Origin: Ramazzottius varieornatus
Lineage: Eukaryota; Animalia; Tardigrada
Direction: 5' to 3'
Assembly: GCA_001949185.1 (NCBI GenBank)
Contig: BDGG01000025.1
Coordinates: 67,522-106,349 of the forward strand
DNA: 38,828 bases
In this document: piece after piece, positions 22,732 to 34,010 of the stretch
How the letters are laid out: each line of letters begins with the position of its first letter
How positions within the stretch are numbered: position 1 is the first letter of the stretch
Program-made: the position numbers and the translations under genes
Notes under the pieces: generated by a model
The model's database searches: none
The model's input: the letters and a program-made list of their open reading frames with translations, nothing else
What the model was told of the DNA's origin: nothing

Positions 22732-24956
22732 TAGAGCCCTGCAGCAGCACGCAACAACCGTTCTGCAACTGCTCTGCATCCAGTTCTTTCGAACTGCAAC
22801 TGCACTGCACTGCATTTATTCTGACCGAGGGAAACCTTATGTATGTCATCTGGCTGAAGCTTGGCTTTGAAAACATTCAAAGCGTGGACTTGGCTCTGAT
22901 GTCATCGTGGTCCGATGGGTGAATATGCTCGAAGTGCTGGATAAGGTTATGGTAGACAGGAATCACCAGATGGATAGTTGGGTTTTTGGAAGCGGAAAGT
23001 ATTTCCGTCGCAGGCTTTACAGGCGCGAACAAGTCGTGCATCTCTTAGATCCTTTCTCGGTCCGGAAGCAGATTAGCCTCTTCTCTTTCCAAAAGCACTA
23101 CTACCAGCTCGTCATACGCACTGAGTACTGAAGCTAACATGTCGATCATCGAATGCCACCTGCAAAATCGGAAATCAACATACTTATTTCTGCCCAACCA
23201 TTTTTTCGGCGCTCCTATAGCATGCACTTACCTCGTCTTTCTCTCTTGTTTCAGCGTGGTCTTCAGGTGCTTGACAATGGCTGCTCTTTTGCTTCATTCC
23301 GGAGGTCCAAGGCAGGAATGGCGGCGGCAGGTATCACGAAATCGGACTTTCGGTTAGTGTTGAAACAGTTCCTGATACCCGTGTTCAGCTGGTGGCCAGC
23401 ACATGTAATGCGACTTAGGATTGGCTTGTTCCGTAGAGTAAACGCTGCTTCGACATTGGAGCCTGCATCGGTGACGTAGATGAAGTTCTTAAGCTCTGAT
23501 TCCAGTAGCTTGATCGTGGCCAGCTTGCGAAACAGAAACGCGCGAACTATCTCCGCAGTTTTCCGGTCCATCGTGTCCCATTCAGCACATAACAGCAACT
23601 TTTCTTAAAGCACCGATCCTTTGAAGTAATGTGCGGTTACACCTGCAACAGCAGCAATAGATGTAGCAGTAACATGCGCAATAAAATGCTATAAGAAAGC
23701 GAAATAGTAAACCATAGAGTTAAAATTACCGAGGTAGTTAAAATTCCCAAAAATCCAAAGTTATCCCACCTCTCTGCACTGTCAGAATCGGCTTCGTTTC
23801 AGCTAGCAACTTCTGACGCAGTCTTTTTGCTTCCTCCCCCACGTATCTGCTGACAGTGGTCGGATCGGGCAAGAGTTTTCAGCCGTAAATTTACCGGAGG
23901 AGTTGTATTTGAAGGCAACGTCTATAACTTCGTCGATCAGGTCCTTGAAGCCTTTCCCCCTGATTTCTTCAAAGCTTTTGTTGTCTCGGGCGCAGTATCG
24001 GGCACAAGCTTGCGACACCTTCTGCTTCGCCGCTTCGGGGATGGAGTTGGGCAACGTACTGACAGCAAAGCCGGTGATAAGGGGTTGATTGTTTGCCTTG
24101 CCACAAGCGCTGATGTGACGCTTGTACACCACGGTACCCGATGTTCGCGAATACTTGAAGATCTGGCGGCATCGTAGGCAGATGATGTAGCCCAAAGGGC
24201 ATCCCTAGGCTTCATCCTGCAGCTTCCTAAAGTAGCTCCAGAACTTGGCTCCATTCCTTCTTTTAGACGGATCAGCATCAGCAGCAACAAAACGCTTTTC
24301 CTTAACAGCTCTTTCTACATCTTTGATGGACATTTTACTGCAAAGTTTTGTATTAGAGCTCTGATTCTTTCGCAAGCTTCAATATACTCTGGCATATGGG
24401 ATTGGCAGTGTTACCTTGCTTCCAACTGGACAGCAGTCTGTCGAACACGATCCGGGTTGTCATTATCAGTTTCCGATTCTGCAGCGCTGTTCTCACCATC
24501 AGCGAGCGACCCTCTCTCAGCTTCGTCCCTCTCGAGATCCTCCTCCATACCTTCAGCACTCATCCTCACTGCTCTTTTCAAAGTAGGAGCTCCAATATAC
24601 GGAATATCAAGCGAAGAGCACACTGGTAGATCGGTGAAGAAAACGGAATTAGAGCTCTGATGTGAATTCATCAAGTTATGCAGCCTGTTGTAATCGTGTG
24701 ATTGCGATGCAAACCTTTCTATCTGAAATTCAGACAGTGTTATTTTAATCATAATAATAGGAAATCAATTGTAATAATTAGAATCAGAGCCCTGCAACAG
24801 TAGCGAAAACCCGTGCTGCATCTGCACTGCATGCGGTTTCCCGGAACTGCAACTGCACTGCATCTGCATTTTTTCATCGTTTCAGCGACTGCAACTGCAC
24901 TGCAATGCAGTAAAATGCAGTGCAGTGCAGAACGTACGGCATGTTGCAGGGCTCTA
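22732..24956 (-). mobile_element. hAT (hobo/Hermes-like) transposon with a degraded, intron-containing transposase
   Basis: TIRs TAGAGCCCTGCA / TGCAGGGCTCTA; shared flank TCCGAAT. BED finger (FWSYF...CLRC...KRHISAC), Hermes-type CARDNKSFEEIRGKGF, TLDFW, YLG|VTAHYF, VTDAGSN and CAGH. Stops and frameshifts; C-terminus missing. Confidence 0.92.
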
Positions 24957-25517
24957 TCCGAATACCGTCTGTTTCACTCGAAATTTTGGTCAAAGAACAG
25001 AACACACTCAGGAGAGCCCAAATCCAGCATTCAAGAATCTTTGCCGCATGGTTCCAATCAGTGGATCAAAATCATAGGCTTTCGGAACCCTCCAACCCAC
25101 CTCTGGGCTCTGGCATGTACGTGCGCAGTGTCCCGTTGTAGCACTTGTTCGTCGACTTGCACATGCATACTAATGCATGGACTGCAAAAGGACGGGCTGG
25201 GATGCTGGTGCGTTACTGCACTGCGAGCCATTCAAACATTCAAACTGTTTTTTACGGAAACCTAGTCGCGACGATTGATTGTGATGGTGAGTTGATCAAA
25301 CAACATCAATCGTTTGTCCGTGAAAAAACTGCGCTGTCGCAGCGCTGATTCGCACCTTTTGCAGCGCCTGACGATCTGTCTACTGCTCTTCTGACTACCA
25401 GACTCTGTTAAAGTTGTACTAATCGACCGCGTCTTGTGGAACGGGACAAGAAGAGTTCATGACGAGAGTAGTTGGCATCGAAGCCCTCTCCGCAGGCAGG
25501 ACTTAGAAGGATGGGAG

Positions 25518-26692
25518 ATGCCGCCGTCACCTGTGATTGTCGTATGCGCAGTCACACTGATTTCCGTTTTAGTGAAAGTGCTTTTGATATACAAGGTAAG
25601 CACTGTCTGTTATGTGTCCCCTTTTGAAAAAGGACAAGTCAAAGCAGCTTCTCGGCCCTAGAGGGAGAACGTCCTGGACAATGTACTTTCTTTGCCCGAC
25701 TGCGCTCAACTCGTGACTTCCGGTCGATTGAAGATACCCTCATCTTTGTCCAGTAAGGGGTGTCTGTCTTCTCAGTGCTTAGTCCAGCATGCTCAAGCTC
25801 TGCTCTGGAACTTTCAGATTGGTGGAGTAAGGTAGATCTTTTCCCGTCACACGCAGGAAAGGAAATCGTCCGACCAGTCCTGTTCGATAACATCCCAGCA
25901 GTTCTCAAGCTAAAACGCCTACCTGAAAAGTGTCTTTCTATCGCCGAAACCATTCGAGGCACCCAAACTACACCTCTCGAACATGTCAGACGGTCCGTCC
26001 AAGCAAATTATCATGAAGGGGTAACGGAGCCTTTACTGAACAGGATTGAGTCAGAAGATTTGGAATCGATATTCTGTCGACTACAGCAACCCGAATACTT
26101 CTTCCTCTTATGGGCATCCCTACTGAAACGCTCCTCACCGCACTTTCCTCGACTGCTCGGAACATGTGGAGAAGTTTATATTGTTGAAAACGTGGAGGAA
26201 GTCCTGAATGAGGAGTTCATCCGGTCTAAAAGCTGGAACGAAATGCAACCTGTGATAAACAGTTTCATTTCCCTGACTGAGCATTTGAATCATGTTTCGA
26301 TTCAACTATGTGATGTGAAGTTGGACAACTTCGGCTGGGATCCTTCCACACAAGAAGTGAAGATGGTCGACTTGGACACGGCGTTCTTCACGGGCTCCTT
26401 ACAGGAGCAGTTTCGCGAAAGACAGTGCGTGTCCGATGAAGATTGTCATCTGTTCTCCTGTCGTGGTTGCTGCGACGTGCCCAACCGGAAGTGCCTCGTA
26501 AAAATAGCGGACAATAATTTGGTGAGGATCTGCCGAGAAATTTTCGCGCCGAGATTTATGGAGATGGGCTTGTTTTCTGGTGCGCCGTTAGCGAAGAAAG
26601 AGAGGTTGTTTAAGTTGGCGAAGAACTGTGGGCGATTCCAGATGGACTGGTCGGACTTCCGGTCGGCATATCAGCCGGAAATAGCACAATAG
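25518..26692 (+). CDS. Divergent protein kinase domain protein (FAM69/DIPK1-like, PIP49_C), N-terminal signal anchor
   Basis: HFPRLLGTCGEVYIVE, LCDVKLDNFG, VKMVDLD and Cys-rich CVSDEDCHLFSCRGCCD...C...NNLVRICREIF. Hydrophobic first exon 25518-25595. The join between exon 1 and the main ORF (25760-26692) could not be resolved. Confidence 0.8.
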
Positions 26693-27194
26693 TACCGCTA
26701 TAGCTTTTATTTTACCGTACCCAGCGATGGACTTCTCACTACCGACAGTGGTTGCAGTATTATACACAGCTATGATAATGCCTTTGTTGTATACAAATCG
26801 TTCGATCTTTGGGGGCAAAGGATATTGTTGCTTTTTTCTCCCCCAGATCAGGTTTTGACTGTGTTACGTCCTGTGTCATGTCACAGTAGCCACCGGAACT
26901 TCGCAGTATCACACGGGAGATATCTTATCACGTATCCTATCTGGACCCATCACCATTTCTTGCTCAAAAGGGAAGGTCGGAATAGAAATTTGCTACAGAC
27001 CGAAGGGTCAAACAATGAACCAGAAGATGAAGCTTTGTCGGACAAAGAAATGGGTGATATGTTCATTTCCGTCAGCTGAGCATCCTGGATAGATTTTGCG
27101 ATGCACCTAGAGCGTAAAATGTTTTGCCCGATCAGTTTTGGCAACTGCACTTTCTAAAATTTCACAAATTGAATGATGGTCAACACATTACTCA

Positions 27195-29429
27195 CCGGTG
27201 TAACGAGATACCAGGAGTAATGCCAACTACCGCGACCGCAATAAGCTCTGTTTCAGTGGCAGTAAGTCCCGTTCTCCGATAGATGGGTCGATTTCCGTCA
27301 AGACCACATCGAGGTTCGTTCTGTGGCGGACCTTGACCGCGCCACGAGAGGTTTCTTCTGTACGGTAGCGATGTCGTTTGTGGTTTTCCATGGTACAATT
27401 CAACGTTCTGCGGAAAGAGACAAGTGGAACAAAGATTCTGAGAGACCCGGTCACGACAAACGTACCTCGAAGGACTCGGAACTGCAGTTAAACGGTATCA
27501 GGAGGTATTGATAGTTCGGCAGTCTGATACCGTCTTGGTCGAAAACAATGTTTTCCAAAGATGCGTGATACGCACGGTTGGATAGCTCTCTTATGATGCT
27601 AGTTCCTCGCAGACCAGAGAAAGGCGCGACCGAGAGGTTCTTGCTCGCAAGGTCAAATGCCACGTACGAAAACAATTTCTGGGCTACAGGAAACATAACG
27701 CAGACTGTCGACAAAATGCTGTGTACTTTTTCCATCAGTCCAACGGTCTCACATGCCAGCAGTGCCTCTCCCGGAACCTAAAGCTTAGTGTAGTGTGGTG
27801 GTCGGTAAACTTGCGAACGTGCATAAATCTGCACATGTCAATGACTTAGTGTTGAATGGTCCCCGCATGTCGGAAATGTTTTTAGCTTTAGGTTCCGGGG
27901 GAGTGCCCTGTTCACTGTGTCGGAAGGTAGGTTGTTCATCAGTAGCTGGGTATCCACGACGATGAACAGCAAACTGCGAAGTGATTCTCGGGCTATCTAT
28001 ATGTAAAGAAGATTCACGGGAGGCATGGTCGAGACACAGTTCATATTAAGCGGGGCTTAGTAGCTAGTAATGAACTTTGCATAGGTAATGGGCTTTGATT
28101 GCGGCAAAATACAGCCTAGCTTTCCGCCGCCCCCGAGACTCGGCACACATAAATAGTCCCTCTCAGCCATTTTCCTCCTGTGGGCTTCGACCTGTGGAAC
28201 ACATTGTTGTAGTACAATATCACTAGAACTAATGCGCAGAGGTCGATTCTGTGATAATGCGAGTAGAGATTGCTCGACCTTACCATGATCCGGCGGGTGA
28301 CCACATTATCCGCAAAAATGAAGACCACTGAAAAGAAACTGACTTGATCATTGGAAGATCTAAGTCATTCACATGCGACTGAAAGTTTGATCGATTGACC
28401 AACCCAGATACGACGCGACCTTCAAAGAACGGAAAACAAGTTGACAGTACCATAAACCAATGGCGACCGCGACCCTTATTTCTGGCGTGGGTTGCAATCA
28501 AATCGAAAATAGTTGATGAAAAGCTTTCCGGTGAAGCGCTGTCAAAGTTGACGTCGTTCACGCAGGAACGCCTGTCAGATTTACGGAAGAAACTTCTGAC
28601 ACCAGAGCAAATCACTCCATAAAACGGAGTAGCGTGGTCGTTGGTATTGCATAGTAGAAATATGTTTGTCCACCGAAACTCCGCCATTAGTTTCTCGAGA
28701 AAGCTGTTGAGCACCCCATTATCCGTTACGCTTGTCGATATGACAGTGGGGTACCTTCTCTTTTCTCTTAGCTGGGGTGAGCTCCCGCTTCTGAAAAGAG
28801 TGAACTCATATCCAGCGGGAATATCGACGAAATTCTTCGTGTAATTCCTACAGTCTTACATCGTGACAAGCGGAACATTCCACTCTAAAAAACCAAAAAG
28901 TAAAGGTCGTCAGAGCATGACTGTGGCTACAACCACGATCAGTGATCCGTGGCGCCACCTCAAAAATCATAGCCACACAACCCAGAAAGGAAACACGGAC
29001 AGACCTGAATATTGGAAATCGGCAAAAAATCTCGGGATAATCGAGTCAGCACGCACTGTGTCAGCTACTATTAAGCGCCCATAACGATTCAATACTGTAT
29101 TGTATGCCAATGGAGGTAATTCGTACTGGGCGAAACAATAATCAGGGTTTTCCGAGGATGCAAAGACCAGTAGTAATACAAGCTAAGTTAGCAAGGTCCA
29201 CGACGTTCCCCGTCAAAGTTACACACGACGTGATGTAGGGTCGCGTGACGCTCTCCAGCTCGAAGTGCAGAATATTGAAGTACTGGATATTTGCTTCTTC
29301 GACAGCCAGTTCGCAGAATTGAAGAAAGCACTGTTGTTGAAACGGGGCGAAGACTACAAGAAAAACCACGCCAGCAACCATTGGGGAAATTCCATTCCGC
29401 AGTGCCGTCAAGCTATTGTGGAAGTTCAT
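27195..29429 (-). pseudogene. ANF-receptor-family (natriuretic peptide receptor / receptor guanylate cyclase-like) ectodomain plus TM, degraded
   Basis: QLREKRRYPT, LMAEFRWTNIFLLC, ARESLRSLLFI, IVFDQDGIRLPNY and SWRGQGPPQNEPRCGLDG, followed by a TM-like stretch. Frameshifts, stops and an exonic MITE. No cyclase domain recognised. Confidence 0.7.
27767..27901. mobile_element. Small unclassified MITE (135 bp) with a 6-bp TSD
   Basis: Inverted CCCGGAACCTAAAGCT near both ends. AGTGCC at 27761-27766 and 27902-27907. Removing it restores the receptor frame (DTVNRALLACETVGLMEK). Confidence 0.75.
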
Positions 29430-30126
29430 TTTGCATGGATGGTTGTGGGACCGGGTTTAACTTACGGATAAAGGAGACCTATATCGCCAGTAAAATGCGA
29501 ATAACATCGGTCTCCGAAAGAAACCCGTCGGCGGAAATGAATTTTGCCGGTACGATAGCAGCGCGATGGTTCACGCGGTTAGTGGCGCGTTCGCTGTCAA
29601 GTAACACACCGTTTGACCTTCTGCCAGTATTCCATGATTTAGGTTAGTGAGTACATTGACACACCCGTGTGAATGAAATCAATATCCTGATTATTCTTAC
29701 GGAGAATATAGATATGACTATTCATTTTGTTAATAATACATGTGGTTTTGAGAGCGTGCTGACTTTTCTACCCCGGCACATGCCTACGACCGCGCCACCA
29801 GCGGATGTTGCAAACGTCCTTCTGGAACACCTCATACCAGGAATAACGGATCAAAGGGCAAACCTCACTTCCCAATTCTCCGAGGACAGCCAAGGTCAGC
29901 TGGACTCTGAATGGAAAATGCTCATGGATTTACAATCTTCATGGTATTTGAAGTTCCTCGTTTACCAGGTAAAACCCTAAGTCTTTAGGAACTTGACGTC
30001 ATTCGGCAATCGGCATGGAAGAAAGAATGTATTCTCAGTTTTCTCTCATTTTTGAAGCCCTGTTGTCGCTTGAGGCGAGGTTATGTTTCAGAAAGGGTTC
30101 GACAACCGCGAATTGAAAACCATCTA

Positions 30127-32616
30127 CGAGGTAAAACCAGCGAACTTGTCCATGCAAAAAAAGCCAGTCGACAGAGGCGCGCATGTCGCGTTTTCTGGTC
30201 TATGAGGGTACGTCACTGGATCGTTAATGAGCTGCACACCACCATGTCTTCGCTGAAACCAGTTGGGTGACATATTTCCGTCGCGCTAACAATATGCGGT
30301 ACGGTAATGCAACACTGCCAGTTTTCATAAAAGAAATTTGCAAGCTTCTCGAGCTTGCTACGTTTATTTTCGAAAGGGATTACCACAAAATGCCTCAGTC
30401 TAAGCTTTGCACAGCAGCAGAAGTTAGCAAACAGATCATGGATGCTGCCATCCAAGCGGTGAAAACGGAGGAAATGAGCCAGCGATTGCCAGCTAAGGCA
30501 TATGGTGTGAGTCGCAGCACGCTGAGGAATCGCCTCCAGAATCGTCACACGGGACATCAGGGTGGACAAACGAAGTTTTCCCCGTGAATGGAAACGGAGT
30601 TAGTGGAGCTACTGAAAGCATGCTGTGATATGGGGATTCCTCTAAATCGATATCACTGCTACCAGCTCTTCTCGGAGGTAGCGGTTGAACTCGGTAAGAT
30701 TGGCAACTACTGTTATCCCCTTTGACAGTTACTTGCCAGCTAAATATCCCTTTCTTTGATTACAGGTCTGCCGAACATTGCCTGTAACGCTCAGTCGTTT
30801 CGAAGCTTTCTTGATCGTCACGACGAAATTTCTCTCCGCATTACGCATGCCTCGAACCGGAAACAAGACCGAGAGTGGACAGCGGAAGTGTGCGAGGAGT
30901 ACATCTCGAAGTTGCAGAAACTGTATGATGAAGGATTCCTTAATACACCGGAGCAAGTCTGGAACTTGGACGAGACAACATTTGATACTACCAACTTGTT
31001 CGACAGGATGGTCGGGAGGAAAGGAATGAAGCAGATTCCGTCTCAGTACAACGGAACCGCAAAGGAGTGTGTCACGGTGCTACCATGTGGGAATGCTGCT
31101 GGACTCCAGCTCAAGCTTCTGGCCTTATACTCGGGCAAGTTGCACCTCAAGTCTCGTCTGGAAGACACTTTTAACATGTGTTACCATGCTGTAAATGAAT
31201 CCGGATACATGGACCAGCTGATCTTCGCCAACTACATCAAGGAAGTCGTTTTTCACGAGGTAACAGCGGTGCTGGTAAGTTTCGCTTATATTGTTGTGCG
31301 ACGTCGGACCATTTCAGGTGCAATTGTGAAAATTGTTCTGAAAAATGAAGATGCTTGTGACGTCAGTCGTCATGCCCGTTATGATTAGGGATTCCCTTCT
31401 TGATTTGTTTATTTTCTAGAAGGTAGGACGGCCACTTCTCTCATGTGAACAACCTTCTACTTGTTCGATATTGCCGAGAGTTTTTCCGGAGACAGGCAGA
31501 CGTGTGGAGATCTTCTGTTTTCCGTCTGGCCAAACTTCTCGCCTTCAACCTTTTAACGTGGCAGCATTCGGCGGAATTAAATACAGATGGAACAAGTACC
31601 TCCGTGATCGGCGCGTCAAAACAGGTGGACCGGTATGTCAGGGAATCAGTTTGTATGTTTTTTACGAATTGAAAGTTTGAAATATTACACCTGATTGTCT
31701 TCTAGGTAACGAAGGATACCGTGCTTTCCCATCTGGTCATGTTGTGGTTTCGAACGGACGGGTTTCCGCCGGAGTTCGCTTTCAACGCCGGGACAAACCT
31801 GAAGTCGGGCTTTGCACAATGTGGCCTCTTCCCATTCAACCCCGACATGATCCGACAGTCAAGCCTTACACCGATCCGTCCATCCTTCAACGCGGAATCC
31901 GTCAGGTTCAGTCAGAGATAAACCACGACAAGCTGGTTGGAGTGCTGCGCGCAGAGTACGGTATTACTGACGCCGATGGCTTACAAGAGGTAAAAACATG
32001 TGTCGAGAACGTTCTCAAGGGTCTCACCACCGGTATGGTACTTGCGGGTGCAATGGCAAAGACACTCATGGCTGAAGCGCCTAGGAAGAAACGTCTGGGA
32101 AAGAACACTATACTCAGACTGAAAGCTGGTGCTCTGATAACGTCGGACGAAATGGTGACAGAAATCGAAGCGGAATCTGCCAGAAAGAAAGCCGTCCAAG
32201 CTGCTGCTAAAGCCGCCAAATCATCAAGAGCACCTAAGCGAAAGGCACCGGAACCTGAACCAGTGTTAGAGCCTCCCGGAAAGAAAGCCTCGAAAGCTAC
32301 AACAAAGAAGCCACGCAGGAAGTGATATCCTTCTTGATTCACCGTGGCCTTCCAATGATGTTCACCTTTTACCTCCCATGTTGAGAAAGACTAAAAGATG
32401 CTCGCGGAAGCATTTGTACTGTATAATGGCAGGATAAATTCTGCGGAAAAATAGTTAGGTCACACCGCACTTCGTAATAGTTACCGTACGTTTGGGGACA
32501 GATACCACGAAATAGTTGCGGTAAATGTGGCAATAGACGGTGCTTCCACCACGCGGCCTTAAAGTGGACAAGTTCGCCACGCGATTTTGCATGGACAAGT
32601 TCGCTGGTTTACCTCG
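30127..32616 (+). mobile_element. pogo-like (Tc1/mariner superfamily) transposon, 2490 bp, defective DDE_1 transposase (30390-32325) with 3 introns
   Basis: TIR CGAGGTAAA(A)CCAGCGAACTTGTCCATGCAAAA at both ends with TA TSD. Psq-type HTH (AKAYGVSRSTLRNRL), VWNLDET, DGHFSH, LQPFN (D to N) and NLKSGFAQCGLFPFNP. Stop at 30585 and frameshifts. Confidence 0.95.
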
Positions 32617-32770
32617 TAGTGATATAGTTCAGATTGTCCTGTACATGTTCACCGGCAAAACTGGCTTGAAAACTTTCATAGTTTTGGATAGATAAAATTT
32701 TGAAGTTGGTCGGATACCCGGAAGCAACCTCTCTGTCATTTTTCGGACAGAGAGACTTGTCAGTCGGAGT

Positions 32771-33781
32771 TAGACCTGGCAATGGTGTGGTTTTACCACA
32801 CCACACCGAAAAAACCACACTTTTTGGTTTCGGTGTGCGCAGAACACCAAGTCGAAAAAAGTGGTGTCCGTTCCACACCGAGTTTTCGGTTTCGGTGTCC
32901 GAGAACACCACATTACACCAAACCGAAAAACTTCTGGTGCACCATTTTATAGGAAGGCATGCCTTGATCGTGAGCTAAAGCGGAGCATGACATGCTTTGA
33001 GTGGCCAAACATTCAGGGAAAACCGACAGGACCAGTAGAATTAAGCATACTGACGTCAGGTTTAGCTTCGGTGTATGCATTGTTGTCATTCGGTGTCTGT
33101 TCGTACATCTGTGTCATTCGGTTTCTGTTTGTACACCAAGGTTTGCTGCCTAGCGGTTATCAAGTAAAAAGTTTTGCTTTTTGGTTTGGTGTGGTGTGGT
33201 GCACCAAAATAGTGGTGTTCGATTCACACCACACGGAAAAAAGTGGTGTGACTTTCGCACCCAGTGGTTTCGGTGTGGAAGAACACCAAGCCAAAAAACA
33301 CGACACCACACTTAATCACACTTAATCACACTTTTGTATGGTGAGCCGGGCGATTCAAAAGTCCACAGTACTTTCACCGCGGGTGCAAGCGCCGAGAAAC
33401 TCCATGCGCGAAGAAATACTTTTTCTGCGCATCCACCAGCGGACTATGACGACTATGACGTTTTTCCACGCATCCATGCGCGGTTTAACTGTTTCTCCGC
33501 GCATGGATGCGCGGAAAAACTCGACTTTATCCGCGGGTGTATACGCGGATAAAGTATTTCTCCGCGCATGGAGTTTCTCTGCGCATCCGCGCGCGGACAA
33601 CGTCGAGTTTTTCCGCGCGTACACCCGCGAACAAAGGCATTTCACCGCGTGTGCATGCGCAGATAAAGTCAGTTCATCCGCGCATCCGTGCGCGGAGAAA
33701 CAGTTGAACCGCGCATGCACCCGCGGTGAAAGTACTGTGGAGTTTTGAATCGCGCGGCTCACCATACTTTTGCCAGGTCTA
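32771..33781. mobile_element. Non-autonomous hAT element carrying a nested element
   Basis: TIR TAGACCTGGCAA / TTGCCAGGTCTA. Perfect 8-bp TSD GTCGGAGT at 32763-32770 and 33782-33789. Subterminal CACACC/GGTGTG repeats. Confidence 0.93.
33337..33766. mobile_element. Nested palindromic MITE, IS3EU-like termini (430 bp)
   Basis: TIRs of more than 50 bp starting TATGGTGAGCCG and ending CGGCTCACCATA. 6-bp duplication CTTTTG at 33331-33336 and 33767-33772. Internal CCGCGCA repeats. Confidence 0.8.
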
Positions 33782-34010
33782 GTCGGAGTCTCTGCTTCAG
33801 TGCTTCGTAAACCAGCCTAGCCTTCCGTTTCGCCATACCTTTACGGCCCTGTATGAACACTGACGCCGCCTCGCCTACTGACATGAATTCATTCTGTCTT
33901 CCAGTGTTTTGGTTTGGTCAGAGTGATATCATTTCGGTTTGGTTAATTTGTATCTTTAATCCTTCCCCGCTCTCAAGACTTGTAGATTTTGAATTATCTC
34001 TCTCTCAACC

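Noticed and set aside
27242-27255. TAAGCTCTGTTTCA match to the TIR at 2334
   Set aside because: Only 14 bp, no partner TIR, and it lies within receptor coding sequence; likely chance.
29669-29980. 103-aa ORF upstream of the pogo element
   Set aside because: No recognisable homology, and no convincing continuation across the TE insertion.
32780-33330. Interspersed CACACC/GGTGTG repeats that might suggest a CRISPR-like array
   Set aside because: Spacing is irregular, orientations are mixed, the tract is bounded by hAT TIRs and a TSD, and there are no cas genes in this eukaryotic context.
33334-33765. Mirror-image 136-aa ORFs on both strands
   Set aside because: These arise from the palindromic MITE and are not genes.
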